Shown here: positions 14,192 through 27,295 of the stretch, piece after piece
How positions within the stretch are numbered: the stretch's first letter is position 1
How the letters are laid out: the number at the start of each line of letters is the position of its first letter
From: Eledone cirrhosa
Taxonomy: Eukaryota
DNA: 64,000 bases
Assembly: GCA_964016885.1 (NCBI GenBank)
Contig: OZ024747.1
Span: forward strand, 63,488,001-63,552,000
Reading direction: 5' to 3'
The notes under the pieces: model-generated
Told to the model about the DNA's origin: nothing
Databases searched by the model: none
Seen by the model: the letters and a program-made list of their open reading frames with translations, nothing else
Translations under genes and position numbers: made by a program

Positions 14192-14432
14192 TCATCATCA
14201 TCATCATCAACGTTTAACGTCCGTGTTCCACGCTTGCATGGGTTTGGACGGGGGTAGTCCCACTTGAGGCAAGAGTGATTGTCTTGCTCGCATAGGACTG
14301 TCTGGCAGGTTTTCTACAGTTGGATGCCCTTCCTAACACCAACCACATTTACAGTGTGGGTCTGGGAGGTTTTTACCGTGTTGCCTACACGGCCACATTA
14401 CAGCGTGGACTGTGTGTTTTTTTGTCGTGACA
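14192..14432 (-). mobile_element. Family C bipartite RTE-derived short element (RTE 5' UTR motif + RTE-like 3' end, GAT tail)
   Basis: ggatgcccttcctaacacca shared with LINE 5' UTR (about 10471-10490); near-identical copy at 37024-37270. Confidence 0.8.
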
Positions 14433-14579
14433 CCTACACGATCTCATTTGTTTCGGCCTCGATGGCGCGGCACCAACATAACTTTACATAGAACGGGGTG
14501 GTGTGGATCGGGTGGGGGTGGTGGTGGTGGGACGGGGTGTATTTTGTTAGAGATGCCTACTGGCTGGAGTAGGTTTTAC

Positions 14580-14681
14580 TATATATACATACATATATAT
14601 ATATATATTTACATACATTTATATATATATTTACATACATGTATATATATATATATACATATATATATATTTACATACATT

Positions 14682-14728
<47 letters not shown>

Positions 14729-14765
14729 ATGTATATATATATATATATATATATTTACATACATG

Positions 14766-14802
<37 letters not shown>

Positions 14803-14948
14803 TTCTATATACATATATATATGTACATACATACATATATATATATATATATAAATGCATACATATATATATATACATGCACACACACACACACACATGT
14901 ATATATATATATGTATATATATGCATATATATGCATACATATATACAT

Positions 14949-15018
<70 letters not shown>

Positions 15019-15027
15019 GTGTGTGTA
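14580..15027. repeat. Compound (TA)n/(CA)n/TACA microsatellite
   Basis: Direct reading. Confidence 0.95.
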
Positions 15028-15164
15028 GTAATAGGAACTAGGTATATGTGTCCATATTTGTAGCTATAGCAATGAGAAGACACTGATATTTCTGTTGATG
15101 TAAGTGTCATGCATGGAGTCATGTTATACATAGGTTGGATCTGTCCATCTATAGAGTCTTCTTT

Positions 15165-15248
15165 CTTCTCATCATCATCATCATCATCATCATCAGCATC
15201 GACAACATCATTGCTACCACCATCGTTAACATCAACACTACACTTCTA

Positions 15249-15283
<35 letters not shown>

Positions 15284-15410
15284 TATCACCAGTATCATCA
15301 TCATCAGTAGCAGCACTAGAATTATCATCATCATCATCATCATCATCATATTCATTACCACCACTATAATCTTCATCACCATCATCGTTAACATCAACAC
15401 TACACTTCTA

Positions 15411-15448
<38 letters not shown>

Positions 15449-15553
15449 TATCACCAGTATCATCATCATCATCAGTAGTAGCACTAGAATTATCATCATC
15501 ATCATATTCATTACCACCACTATGATCTTCATCATCATCATCATCATCATCAT
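15165..15553. repeat. (CAT)n-rich tract duplicated as two units of about 165 bp
   Basis: catcgttaacatcaacactacacttctattc and gcactagaattatc each occur twice. Confidence 0.9.
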
Positions 15554-15926
15554 TTTATAGTAGTATGGCAGTGTGTTTATCCATGTCTATGTTTAGATGT
15601 ACTGTTTGTTTATTGAACTTAGCAGTTCAATAAAAAAAACTGATCAATAAAATAAGTACCAGACTTGTAAAAAATAATGGAATCAATATAATCAGCTAAA
15701 TCTCTTGAGGATGCCCCAGCATGGCCTCAGTTTAATGACTGAAACAAGTAAAATATGTATTATCATCATAATATTATCTTCAATTTTATGTCTGCTTTTC
15801 CATGGATGAGAAAATTTGAGGCAGATATTTTATGGGTAGATGACTTTTCTGGTGCCAACTTATTTAGTCACCTCTTACGATACACAGGGCTGCGGTGTCT
15901 ACCTATTATAAAAACTGGGGTATAAG

Positions 15927-16240
15927 CAGGGTCGGATCTAATGGGCGGGGGGGGGGGGGCATGCCCTGGGCCCCCTGCAAACGGGGACCCCCACCAGTGA
16001 CAGCCATAGCAATTTATTTATGCCCTCAGCTGGGCATTTTAGTTTTGGGATGGTTAGATTTTAAAAATTTAATACCTGTATGTATAACTTTTCAGTTCCA
16101 ATTACTTGCACCAAACTAACTTTGATATGTAAAATTGTTGGTTTGCTATGTATGATGTTTTTTTTCTTTTTTGTGTGTATGAGACCCCCCCAAAAAACCC
16201 TGAAGTGCTCCAGGATCCCTAAGGTCTAAATCCAGCCCCG
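15927..16240 (+). mobile_element. hAT-type MITE with 8-bp target-site duplication
   Basis: TIRs cagggtcggatcta / taaatccagccccg; flanks ggtataag / gctataag; further copies at about 20825-21069 (-) and 36665-36963 (-). Confidence 0.82.
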
Positions 16241-16756
16241 GCTATAAGCAACATACCTAGTCTTGGTGTAATTATAAACAATACAGTCGGTAAAGTATTT
16301 GGTGCAATGAAGGGTGATCAACCATAGAAATCATGCCAATAATCTGAATTTACAACCAAGATATGATCCTCTGATCCATCTAAGAGAGCCGTTACTTAAA
16401 ACACTCTCCTACCTACGCCAAAAGGGAAAACATATGTAAAATAATAATGATGATGACATATGTTAGCAGGTATATATGTAAGTTGTCATCATCACCATTT
16501 TTCCATGCTTCCGTAAGTTGGACAGGTCTCTTCCAGGCCAACACCACTGCACTGGTCATGGACTTACCTCATCACAGCTGTCAGATTCAGTGATAGGAGA
16601 ACAGATCTTACAACCTCTGTGTATATCTCCCTTCACCACTTTTAATTGTATATACATATATATACATATACATATATATATACATATATACATATATATA
16701 TATATATAATATTAACTCAAAATATTAATAAATATAGACATTCAACGTAATCAAAA

Positions 16757-16826
16757 TATATTTTATTATATATATTTCGGAGGTACTGTGCTGTTTTTTC
16801 AGTACGTCCTCATCAGATAAAATATA
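16757..16826 (-). ncRNA. Minimal type I hammerhead ribozyme motif
   Basis: Minus strand: UAUAUUUUAU-CUGAUGA-GGACGUACUG..CAGUACCUCC-GAAA-UAUAUA-UA-AUAAAAUAUA; 10-bp stem I, 9/10-bp stem II, palindromic stem III. Confidence 0.85.
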
Positions 16827-16948
16827 TAACTCGATGTATGACATACCTCAACTGTGCTGATGATTCAATTCCAGTCCTGACTGCCAAGACTGGAATTGAA
16901 CCATCAGCACAGTTGAGGTATGTCATACATCAATTTATATATTTTATC
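16816..16948. repeat. Fold-back hairpin adjoining the hammerhead (arms 16816-16876 / 16888-16948)
   Basis: gatgtatgacatacctcaactgtgctgatg is the reverse complement of catcagcacagttgaggtatgtcatacatc. Confidence 0.9.
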
Positions 16949-17034
16949 CAGAAATAGGAAAATAGGAAAAAGTATGAGTCCAGAAATAGCCGCTTGAGCT
17001 CTGCCGTCGGGGTCATACTTTTTCCTATATATAT

Positions 17035-17082
<48 letters not shown>

Positions 17083-17233
17083 CAGGGAGAACAGCTGTTA
17101 AATGATGTTGAAGATGATAACGATATAACTCCATATTTGAATACATACATATATACTGACACTCATACATATACAGACATAAAGATACAAGCATACACAC
17201 ACATATATAATACATATATAATCATATATACAT

Positions 17234-17276
<43 letters not shown>

Positions 17277-17585
17277 TGTACATACAATGTGTATATTCTA
17301 CATATGAATACATTTATCAGGGGAAAATCAAGATGTTGTCTCTCTCGTCCTTCTTCATTGGGGTATCTCCAGCTACATCTACTGTGTTACTAATTAAGTC
17401 GCAGTGATAACGTATTTTACTAATTGTAAAGGCCCATTGTAGCAGATAATTAACGTAATGTCTACTCCATTATATTAAATCAGGCTGAAGAAATGAAGTG
17501 CTGACACACTTGTTAGTCTAATGATGTTTTCGATAAAATTCAACAACATTAACAACGATAATAATAAAAGTAAAAATAATAATAA

Positions 17586-17801
17586 TTTCTAATATAGGCA
17601 CAAGGCCAGTAATCTGGGGGGGGGGGGGGGGTCGATTAAATCGACCCCAGTATGTTACTGGTGCTTTATTTTATCGACCCCGTAAGGATGAAAAGCAAAG
17701 TTAACTTCAGTGGGATTTGAACTCAGACTATAAAGGGTCATAGCTCTATGCGGCAAAGAATTGGTGTCTGACTCGCTACCAATACTGCCAATCCACCACC
17801 C

Positions 17802-17803
<2 letters not shown>
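17586..17803 (-). mobile_element. SINE family A, full-length
   Basis: Reverse complement of the family A consensus, flanked by (TAA)n on both sides. Confidence 0.8.
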
Positions 17804-17845
<42 letters not shown>

Positions 17846-18489
17846 TCAATAATTTTGTTATTAGTCACATCAAGGAAACATTAAGACAGTACAGGACGAT
17901 AGAGTATGGGTTTTTCTTTGTATAAAATAAAATTTATAACAGAGACTAAGAAAATAAACATGAATAATAATAATAATAATTTCTTTAATGGCTACATTAA
18001 TGGTGATGATTTCAATGGCATATCCAAAATATCTTTGGATTATTAGCATAAGTATTATTCTGTGAATTTTAAAATGTTGAAGCAATTTACTTTCTTGAAA
18101 GCTGCTCATATATTCATCTAAACCTGGGCTCTTAACTCCTGATGCAGTCCTAAGAGACCCATTTTAACATTTAAACATTGCAAAATCCATTCCACTGAGA
18201 AATCAATATGCCGAGGCATGATCCACTGATATAATGTGCAGCAACAGTACTTTTCCCAGAAAATCTCTGAAGTGTAACAAGCCACTGATGTATGAGGGTC
18301 CATTGTATACACACACACACGCACACACATACACACACACTCACAAACGCACACATACACATATATATATATATACACACACACACATTCATATATACAT
18401 ATATATATGTGTGTGTGTGTATGTATATGTAGTAGCAGTTATAATATATACAAAGACAAAAATCCAGGGAGGCCTTGATAAGGATTGTA

Positions 18490-18842
18490 TGTGAAAGGTA
18501 AACAGAAATAACAACACAATCGGTACAGTATATGGAAGGTATATATTAGGTTAACGCTTGATATAGCAGGAAGTGGGTCTTAACGTTTCGGACGCTAGTC
18601 CTTCATCAGAAGAAAGAATGAGAAATAAAATAGATTGAGGGGACGGGCGGGATGGGATTGGAAAAAATGTCTTTAGATAAAAATAACAGGTCCATTCATG
18701 TTGACATCTCTTGTAAAACTGTTGGTGCTGGTGTTTTGTGTATGATTTAATTTTTAGAAAAGTGGATGATGGAGTGCATCTACCTGAAATGGAAAAAAAA
18801 AAGTTTTGTAAAAAGAGCTATACTTGAGCACGTGCGTAAGCA
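18490..18842 (-). mobile_element. Penelope-like terminal fragment with hammerhead (18578-18613)
   Basis: Minus strand: UCUU-CUGAUGA-A-GGAC-UAGC-GUCC-GAAA-CG-UU-AAGA; highly similar copy at 61341-61694. Confidence 0.78.
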
Positions 18843-18860
18843 TGTGTGTGTGTGTGTGTG

Positions 18861-18895
<35 letters not shown>

Positions 18896-19314
18896 GTTAT
18901 AGGTTCATACGAAGCTAAGAAAAAATGTGTGTGTATATGTGAGTAAAAGAGTGTGTGTGCATGTAAGTACGAAGCTATATATATATATATATATATAGTA
19001 TATAGTATATATAAACCTGTGGATAAAATATTTATTATTAGCGCAGGCATAAATGTTAAGCAAACAATTTCTGCTTTCACCATAAAGCGAGATCTACTGA
19101 AACAGATATATCATGCAAATATTTCGAAGCCATTACTAGCAAATATTGGCTTTAAAAACTCAAAAAACATAATGGTAACACGTGAAAACGTTCACTTGAG
19201 ATATGGCAAAATATATGCAATGAGGATAAAAACTCTAATCACGTAATTAAGTGAAGCAGTAAGAACAAATTCTTACTATGAGGAAATCAGAAGGCTAATT
19301 TCTTTTTTAAAGTG

Positions 19315-19407
<93 letters not shown>

Positions 19408-19754
19408 TAAGTTATGTGGTATTAACGCAGACATATATATTCATATATATATATATGCATCTTTGTGCATCAATGTCACATAACGTAGTGATATCGATAT
19501 AATAAGCACCAGATTTGAAATAAATAAGCACCAGAGTTGATATGACTGATGAAATCCATTTAAAGATGTGCTCCAACATATCCTCAGTTTAATAACTGAA
19601 TCCAGTAAAAGAATTAAATTGATGCCATCTTCAATTGGATAACTCATTTTATAATATTGAAAATTATTGCTAATTGTTTCATTAACCTTTTCCCTTCAGA
19701 AGGCTAAAATGCTACATGATTCTCATTAACTTTATTTAGTTCAAAAATATTAAT

Positions 19755-20790
19755 GATTTCTATTCTACCCTCAAGGTCTGTAACTTATGACGAAGGTCAA
19801 AGTTGATTATATTGACCTCAGTACTTGATTTGCACTTCATTTTATTGGTCCTGGAAGGATAAAAAGCAAAGTTGGCATCAATGGGATTTGATCCCAGAAT
19901 TTAAAGAGCTGAGACAAATAGCACAATGACATTTTCTCCCATGTTCTACAAATTCTGCTAATCCAATAATAATGTCATATATTATTTCATATATTGTTAT
20001 TATTATTATTATTATTATTATTGATTAGCATAGGGTGGTGAATTGGCAGTATTGGTGCTGAGTTCAAATCCTGCCAAGGTTAGCTTTGCCTTTCATCCTT
20101 ATGTAACTGGAGTCGATTTAATCGAATTTTCGCTCCCCTTTAAATTGCTGGCCTTGTGTGCCCAAAGAAGAAACAATTATTATTGATTAGGAGTTTTACT
20201 AGTGTATTGGATAAAAATATATTGCAGTGTAGTAATGACCTTTTATGTTCTGAGTTCACATCCTGCCAAAGTTAGGTTTACCTTTCTTGGGGCACTAATA
20301 AGGTAAAATACCAGTGAAATATTGATGTTGATATAATTGACTACACTTCTCCTTTTCCCTTTGTATTCTGAGTTAAAATTACATCAGTGCCTTTCATCCT
20401 TCTGGTGCTAATAAAATAAAGTACTGGTCAAATACTGGGGTGGATATTGTTATCTATACAGCTCCTTCTCTCCATATTTCAGGTGTTGTTTCTGTGTAAG
20501 AAATCCTATTACTCGAGTCAATTTAATCAGCTATACTCCCCCACATCAAAATGCATGATGTTGTGCCAGTGTATAAAACCTTTATTATTTCTGATTCATC
20601 TTAACTCTGTGGATTAGCAAAATTGTTAAAGCATGGACAAAATGTTTTGTGGAACTTGTTTCAGCTCTTTACATTCTGATTTCAAATTGTGCCAAAACAA
20701 ATTCTGCCTTTTATCCTTTTGTATGTCACTAAAATAATGTACCAGTGAAATATTGGGGTTGATATAGTTGACTGTTCCCCTTCCACCATA
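19755..20790. mobile_element. Cluster of degraded SINE family A copies
   Basis: Repeated ctgagttca...gcctttcatcctt...aaagtaccagt motifs; first copy on minus, the rest on plus. Confidence 0.7.
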
Positions 20791-20824
20791 CTGTGCCTAT
20801 GTTCAGTGTTGGGGAGTCCAGGAC

Positions 20825-21069
20825 ACTTCAGGGTTGGAAAAAATTAGAATACACAATTTTACATATCAAAGTTAGCTTGGTGTAAGTAATTAGAATTGAA
20901 AAATTATATACAGGTATTAAATTCAAAAATTGTAACCATCCTAAAACTAAAAGGTTTAACAGAGGGCACAAATAAATTGGTATGGCTATCGCTGGTGACC
21001 CCTCCTCCCACCCGCTGCATGGAGCCCGAGGTAATTGCCCCCTTTGCCTCCCCATGAAATCCTGCCCTG
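20825..21069 (-). mobile_element. hAT-type MITE, same family as 15927
   Basis: tttacatatcaaagttag...caggtattaaatt...gagggcacaaataaattg shared; ends gaaatcctgccctg. Confidence 0.75.
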
Positions 21070-21818
21070 ACTCTGCTTATGTTACAAACAATTATTTCTA
21101 AGACATAACATAGAAGGTGATATTTTTAGAAAGATGATTTGTAATGTATTATGCATTAGTGGTTTTTCTATGATAAAAGTTATAAGCTTTCACCGTGATA
21201 AAGTGTATCCATCAAGGATTTAAAATAGATGAAATTGGTGTCTCATTGTAATGTGAACTTCACAGTCAAGTGAGAAGAGAAGCAAGTCAGATAAGTGATT
21301 TAAAGTTGTCGACTGAAGTTTGAAAGGTAGAGAAATCTTTCTGGAGGTTTGTTCCAATCATTACTTTGAACTTTATTCAATAAGCTATGAAATGAAATGG
21401 CTGTTAAGTATTTTTATTTATTTTTTTTTTTTTGAGAGGGAGAGAAAGAGAAAGAAAGAGGCTGCAGTTTTCCATTTTCTTGTGTTGTTTGCATTGATGA
21501 GCACAGAAAGATTGAGATAAATAAACTGCAGATAGTTTAACAGATAGACACAGCTAGTTATTCTGTACCTCCAATAGGCAGGAACAAGATGAAAGAAATG
21601 AATGAGAAAAAGAATGAGAACACAAACGAGGACACGAGGAGTGAAGAAGAGTAAGAAGTTAAGGAGAAGAATAGGTAAATTTGAAAGAACAAGCAAATAG
21701 AAGATGAAGGAAAGACATGAGAAAAACAAATGGGGGGGGGGGAACAACGAGGTGAGACAGACAACATGGAGGAGGGGTAGAAATATTGAAGTAAAAGCAG
21801 AACAAATGGAATGAAGAC

Positions 21819-21867
<49 letters not shown>

Positions 21868-22382
21868 CTTCAAAGTTATATCAAGTGAAAAGCAAGACAC
21901 AGGATTGATTGTTATTTTTTTTCCTTTTTCATTTTTCACTCTACATTTCTATCTCTCTCTTGCATGGGTGAGAAGGTATGCAAATATATGCACACACTCA
22001 TATATTAGTTTAGGAACTTTTGGTATACAATTTACCATAACCCACGTCCAGTTGTCTCGATGATATATTGTGCACTCTGAGGAATAGATTTTTATTTTCC
22101 CACATTCAAATCATTATATGATCTAAAGTGCGAAGACAAGGAAAACCACAAATCAAGGTTATACTTGATGCATGATGAAATGTAGGAGAGAACAAAGGAG
22201 AGATAAAAAGCAACAAATTTGTCACTCAGAAGGTCACAGAATGTGTGATGAAAGAACTTTAACAATAAATAAATAAACAACCATCCGATTATTAAACTAA
22301 CCAACTGGAAGTTTATAATAAATTGAAGTGAAAACCAACAGGTGCATGTGTTTTGATTAGCAGCATGACCCTCCTAAAGTAT

Positions 22383-22426
<44 letters not shown>

Positions 22427-22431
<5 letters not shown>

Positions 22432-22621
22432 AACCAGTAAGACCCCGATGGCTGAGCTCAAGCCGTTTCGACGGCTAATTCTGGACGGAATTAGCTGTCT
22501 AAACGGCTTGAGCTCAGCCGTCGGGGTCTTACTGGTTCCTATTACCCACTCCTCTACTACCCTAAGTATTGAGTACTTTGGTGCGTTATGGTCTACCTGG
22601 TTCCTTACCACATTTCCTTCG

Positions 22622-22623
<2 letters not shown>
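22427..22623 (+). mobile_element. Fold-back mini-element in (TA)n (arms 22427-22483 / 22486-22542 plus 80-bp tail) carrying the 3' half of a hammerhead
   Basis: Consensus of the two arms gives GAAA-CGGCU-UGAGCUC-AGCCG-UC-GGGGUC; relatives at 16961-17026 and 40835-41013. Confidence 0.8.
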
Positions 22624-22666
<43 letters not shown>

Positions 22667-22938
22667 TGCAGATGGTAGATACGCAGGATCATTAACATGT
22701 CATATAGAATGATTTGCTGTATTCATTACATGTCACTGCCTTGAGTTCAAATCCTATCAAATCAACTTTCAAGGTTAATTAAACAAAACCAGTCTTGTAC
22801 TAGTTTCAATTCTACCTTTAGATATCTTCCTCTCTCACCATCTCACTCTGTGTGTGTGTGTGTGTGTGTGTGCGTGCATATTTATATTTACAGACACACA
22901 TATATGTACATATATATACACAAACACATACATACATG

Positions 22939-23015
22939 TATTAGGTCCTTAAGTAAGAAATGTCCAATTTCCTTAAACACAATTTGAAATCGGACATTTC
23001 ATATTTAATGAGCTA

Positions 23016-23018
<3 letters not shown>
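22939..23018. repeat. Degenerate hairpin between microsatellites
   Basis: tattag...gaaatgtccaatttc pairs with gaaatcggacatttc...ctaata. Confidence 0.65.
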
Positions 23019-23060
<42 letters not shown>

Positions 23061-23062
<2 letters not shown>

Positions 23063-23170
23063 ATGGCTTCAATCGTTGGTAACCACAGTAATGTGCTCAA
23101 TACATTCCTGATGATTTATTTTGAATAAAACAGTTCTAGTCCTGTAGAAGCCATTTCTATATTAAACATG
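23061..23170. mobile_element. Rearranged copy of the 40632 hammerhead mini-element (inverted tail joined to body)
   Basis: ctgatgattt...gaataaaacagttctagtcctgtagaagccatttctatattaaa matches 40685-40742; 23061-23105 is the reverse complement of the tail. Confidence 0.72.
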
Positions 23171-23589
23171 ATATATCTTTATATCTATCTATCTATCTAT
23201 ATATATATACATATATTTTATATATATATACATATATTTTATATTTATATTTATATATATATATAAAGATATATATATATATATGTGTGTGTGTGTGTTT
23301 ATAAATATATACATTTGCATAGGTTTATCACCATATAAATATGTAAATATATATTATATATGTGATGTACAAATATAATACATGTTGATAAATAACTTTG
23401 ACATGGAAAAAAAAAATAAACATGTTTATTTTTCCTACTTATAATTCTTCCTCATGCTATTTTCATCATCATCATCAGCATCACACTGATTGGTGTTGTT
23501 TTTACTAGTGATGTTGTAGTATAGTTGTTGTTGTTTTTAGTGTTGTTGCTAGAAATGTAGTAGTAGTTCTAGTGGTAGTTGAAGTAGAT

Positions 23590-24115
23590 ATAGTTGTTAT
23601 TGTTGTTTTTAGTGTTGTTGCTAGTCATATAGTAGTTGTAGTGTACTTGTAGTAGATACTATTGTTGTTTTTAGTGTTGTTGCTAGTCATATAGTAGTTG
23701 TAGTGTACTTATAGTAGATACTATTGCTGTTTTTAGTGTTGTTGCTAGTGATATAGTAGTTGTAGTGTACTTGTAGTAGATACTATTGTTGTTTTTAGTG
23801 TTGTTGCTAGTCATATAGTAGTTGTAGTGTACTTGTAGTAGATACTATTGTTGTTTTTAGTGTTGTTGCTAGTCATATAGTAGTTGTAGTGTACTTGTAG
23901 TAGATACTATTGCTGTTTTTAGTGTTGTTGCTAGTGATATAGTAGTTGTAGTGTACTTGTAGTATATACTATTGCTGTTTTTAGTGTTGTTGCTAGTGAT
24001 ATAGTAGTTGTAGTGTACTTGTAGTAGATACTATTGTTGTTTTTAGTGTTGTTGCTAGTGATATAGTAGTTGTAGTGTACTTGTAGTATATACTATTGCT
24101 GTTTTTAGTGTTGTG
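23590..24115. repeat. 62-bp minisatellite, about 8 copies
   Basis: agtgttgttgctagt...gatactattg recurs at 23611, 23673, 23735 and onward. Confidence 0.93.
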
Positions 24116-24324
24116 GTAATTGTAGTGGTAGTTGTAGTATAGATATAGTTATTGTTGTTGGAGGAAGAGATGGATATCCTCAACTTTCTATCAAGATCTA
24201 ATCAGATTAAACAATAACATCAATAGTTATTAAGCTTCTTTATAAAATTCAGTTGTCTCAGAATATTCCATATTAACCATTTATCAAATTGAAGGTGTTG
24301 TTGTTGTTTTTTGTATTATTATTG

Positions 24325-25135
24325 GTGGGTTTGGCAATATCAGGAGAACATTAGACATGCTTTATGGCATATAGTTACAACATTTTCGATTCTGAGTTCA
24401 CATCCCACCAAGGTTAGCTTTGCCTTTCATCCTTTCAGGGTCAATAAAATAAAGTACCAGTAATGCACTGGGGTTGATTTAATTGACTTTTCTCTCCCTC
24501 CAAATTGTTGGCCTTTGTGTCTAAAGTAGAAGCAATTATTATTATTATTATTAAGGCTGAGTTCAAATCCCGCCGAGGTTGACTTTGCCTTTCATCCTTA
24601 CGGGGTCGATAAAATAAAGTACCAGTAATGCACTGGCTAATTGCTGGCCTTGTGCCTAAAGTAGAAACAATTATTATTAAGGCCCTTTACGGGATCGATA
24701 AAATAAAGTACCAGTAATGCACTGGTTAATTGCTGGCCTTGTGCCTAAAGTAGAAACAATTATTATTAAGGCCCTTTATGATCTGAGTTCAAATTCCGCT
24801 GATGTTAACTTTGCCTTTCATCCTTACCGAGTCGATGAAATAACGTACCAGTCACGCACTGGGGGTCGATTTAATCAACTTTCCTCTCCCCCAAAATTGC
24901 TGGCCTTGTACCTATATAAGAAACCATTATTGGAGCATTGGATGAAATGTTCTATGACATATAGCTACGGTCCTTCAACGCTCTAAGTTCAAATGCCATC
25001 AAGGTTAGCTTTGCCTTTCATCCTTACGGGGTTGATAAAAGTACCAGTCACACACTGGGTTGAATTAATCAAATTTCCCATTCCCTCCAAAAAATTGCTG
25101 TCCGTGTTCCTATTGTAGAGACAATTATTATTATT
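24325..25135 (+). mobile_element. Head-to-tail array of SINE family A copies separated by (ATT)n
   Basis: At least four repeats of ctgagttcaaatccc...gcctttcatccttacggggtcgataaaataaagtaccagt...gtagaaacaattatt. Confidence 0.85.
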
Positions 25136-25144
25136 ATTATTATT

Positions 25145-25465
25145 ACAGTTGCATTTATCTTGCTTTATGTTCATACGAGTTATCACCAAGTCACAACCAG
25201 TGACCTCAAGAGACAACAAGGTCCGCCATGTTCAAGAAAGAACATACATATTCACACATGCATCTTTAGTGTTTAGACTTGTGATGTACTTATATTGACA
25301 GAATCTTCCTTAGTATATGGGCAGTTCCCATTAGTACTATCTTTTGTTTTTCTCCTATACGCGGGTTTCCTGGGATTTGCGATAAGTAATCATTAGACCC
25401 CTTAGGTATCATTCCCAGAGCGCCTACAACCACTGGTATTGTTTTAGTTCTCAATTTCCACATTA
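25145..25465 (-). mobile_element. Dong/R4-like family 2, 3' fragment
   Basis: Reverse complement matches about 55700-56012 (MWKLRTKTIPVVVG...LMGTAHILRKILSI plus 3' UTR); (TAA)n at both ends. Confidence 0.85.
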
Positions 25466-25489
25466 ATTATTATTATTGTTATTGTTATT

Positions 25490-25789
25490 CCTTGAATCTC
25501 AGTCATTGATGTTGGTTAACTGGAAAGTCCGTTGGATTGAATATCAAGCCACTACCTGCAGCCTCAGATATTCAGGACGTATCGGAGGGTTCTTGCCGTT
25601 CCAAGCAAGCATGCCTTTTGAAGCGTTCCAAAAAGCGTGAAGGGGCCGATTTTCTTTAACCATCCCTGGAAACCTTTGGAGATAGTCCCCAGTGCGCCTA
25701 TGACAATCGGGATCACTTTGACTTCATGGCAGTTCCAAATCCTTTTCACCTCCCACTTTAGGTTCTGGTATCGGTTAATTTTCTCCCTC

Positions 25790-25790
<1 letters not shown>
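25490..25790 (-). mobile_element. Dong/R4-like family 1, 3' fragment
   Basis: ORF 25564-25749 KRIWNCHEVKVIPIVIGALG...KACLLGTARTLRYVLNI nearly identical to the C-terminus of 54627-55169. Confidence 0.88.
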
Positions 25791-25826
<36 letters not shown>

Positions 25827-26013
25827 TTAGAGAGGGTCGGACGCCATGCTTTGACGTTTGGAGTTACGGCCCTTGCCATTCTGAGTTCAAATCCCGCCGA
25901 GGTTAACTTTGCCTTTCATCCTTACGGGGTCGGTAAAATAAAGTATCAGTAATGCACTGGGTACTTGCTGGCCTTGTGCCTAAAGTAGAAACAATTATTA
26001 TTATTATTATTAT

Positions 26014-26725
26014 TACATCCTCTGTTTTTTTTTTGTTTTTTTTTTACACGCAGAAATGCCCATGTGTTGTATTGTCCTGTACTGTCCTTAATGTCTACTT
26101 TGTGTAAACCCTTGTGGTTAATAAAGAAATCATTATTATTATTATTATTATTATTACGCCCTCCTCCTTTAGCCGGGAAGGGCAGGCAGTTTTTATCTGC
26201 CTGGTGGCCATGGCGCCCTCCTCCTTTAGCCGGGAAGGGCAGGCAGTTTTTATCTGCCTGGTGGCCATGGCGAAAGAGATGGTGGACACGTTTGAAAGGG
26301 CTGAAGACGAGCACTTACCTCTTCGGTGATGCTCTGATTGACTTTTTCAAATTTCATTTGAAAAGGAAAATCAGAGTAGAGAGGGAAGTGCTCTCTTCCC
26401 AGCATTTTGTTGAAAGATGGGTGAGAGAAGCAAGAATGGCCCGAGTGAATGGGCCTACTCTGAGTATATATCTGTAAATTAAAGGTGGAAAACTGGGAGA
26501 GGGCACTTGCCTTGGTGGTCAGGGTCATTGTGGCTTTTTACTGGGCTTTCTCCACAAATGTCCCTCCGAAGTCTGCCCCCTATTGGGAAATTTTTCATTG
26601 TTATTTTTTGTTACATCCTCTGTTTTTGTTTTTTACACGCAGAAATGCCCATTTGTACCGTCCTGCATTGTCCTGCACTGTCCTTAATGTCTACTTTATG
26701 TAAACCCTTGTGGTTAATAAAGAAA

Positions 26726-26728
<3 letters not shown>
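26014..26728 (+). mobile_element. Two tandem 3' fragments of a Tx1/L1-like LINE ending in (ATT)n
   Basis: Protein-like C-terminus VFICLVAMAKE.VWWTRLKG...FVERWV...IYL*, pyrimidine-rich 3' UTR, aataaagaaatc(att)n; 3' UTR repeated at 26014-26131 and 26612-26728. Confidence 0.65.
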
Positions 26729-26765
<37 letters not shown>

Positions 26766-27295
26766 CATTATTACTATTATTTATTATTATTCAGGCAATG
26801 ATAACATAAAGTAACAGTTGAGCACGGGTTCAATATAATTGTTTCCTTACTCCGCCCAAAACTACAGGCCTCGTGCCTAAATTTGAAACAATGATTATTA
26901 ATAGTAGTAGCAATAGTATAAGTGATAGTAGAAGTGGTAGTGTTAATAGTAGTAGTGGTAGTAGTAATAGTGGTAATAGTAATAGTAGTAGCTGTTGTTA
27001 TAGTAGTTGAATGAAACTACTATTAAACTGCAGTTGTCTCGGAGTGTGTGTTCGATGATAACTATTTATCAAAGGGAAGTATGTGGTAGGGAATCTCTCA
27101 TATCTGAAGAAATGGAAGCAGCAACATTAACAACAGCAACAACAACAACAACGCCAATTACAACACCAACAGTAACAACAACTATAGCAACATTAACAAA
27201 AGGACATTAGAAAGTTAACAACATTAAACAACAACAACAACAACAACGCCAATTACAACGCCAACAACAACTATAGCAACATTAACAAAAGGACA

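Noticed and set aside
14412-15560. Long ORFs rich in YI/IY, poly-I, poly-M and poly-S (also 37547-38124, 43258-43661, 28754-29189)
   Set aside because: Translations of TA, CAT and CT microsatellites that lack stop codons by composition.
16816-16948. microRNA precursor
   Set aside because: Arms are too long and near-perfect, and adjoin a hammerhead and TA tracts like the other fold-back elements; cannot be called without small-RNA data.
23590-24115. CRISPR-like regular array
   Set aside because: Units are contiguous and near-identical with no unique spacers; eukaryotic context, no cas genes.
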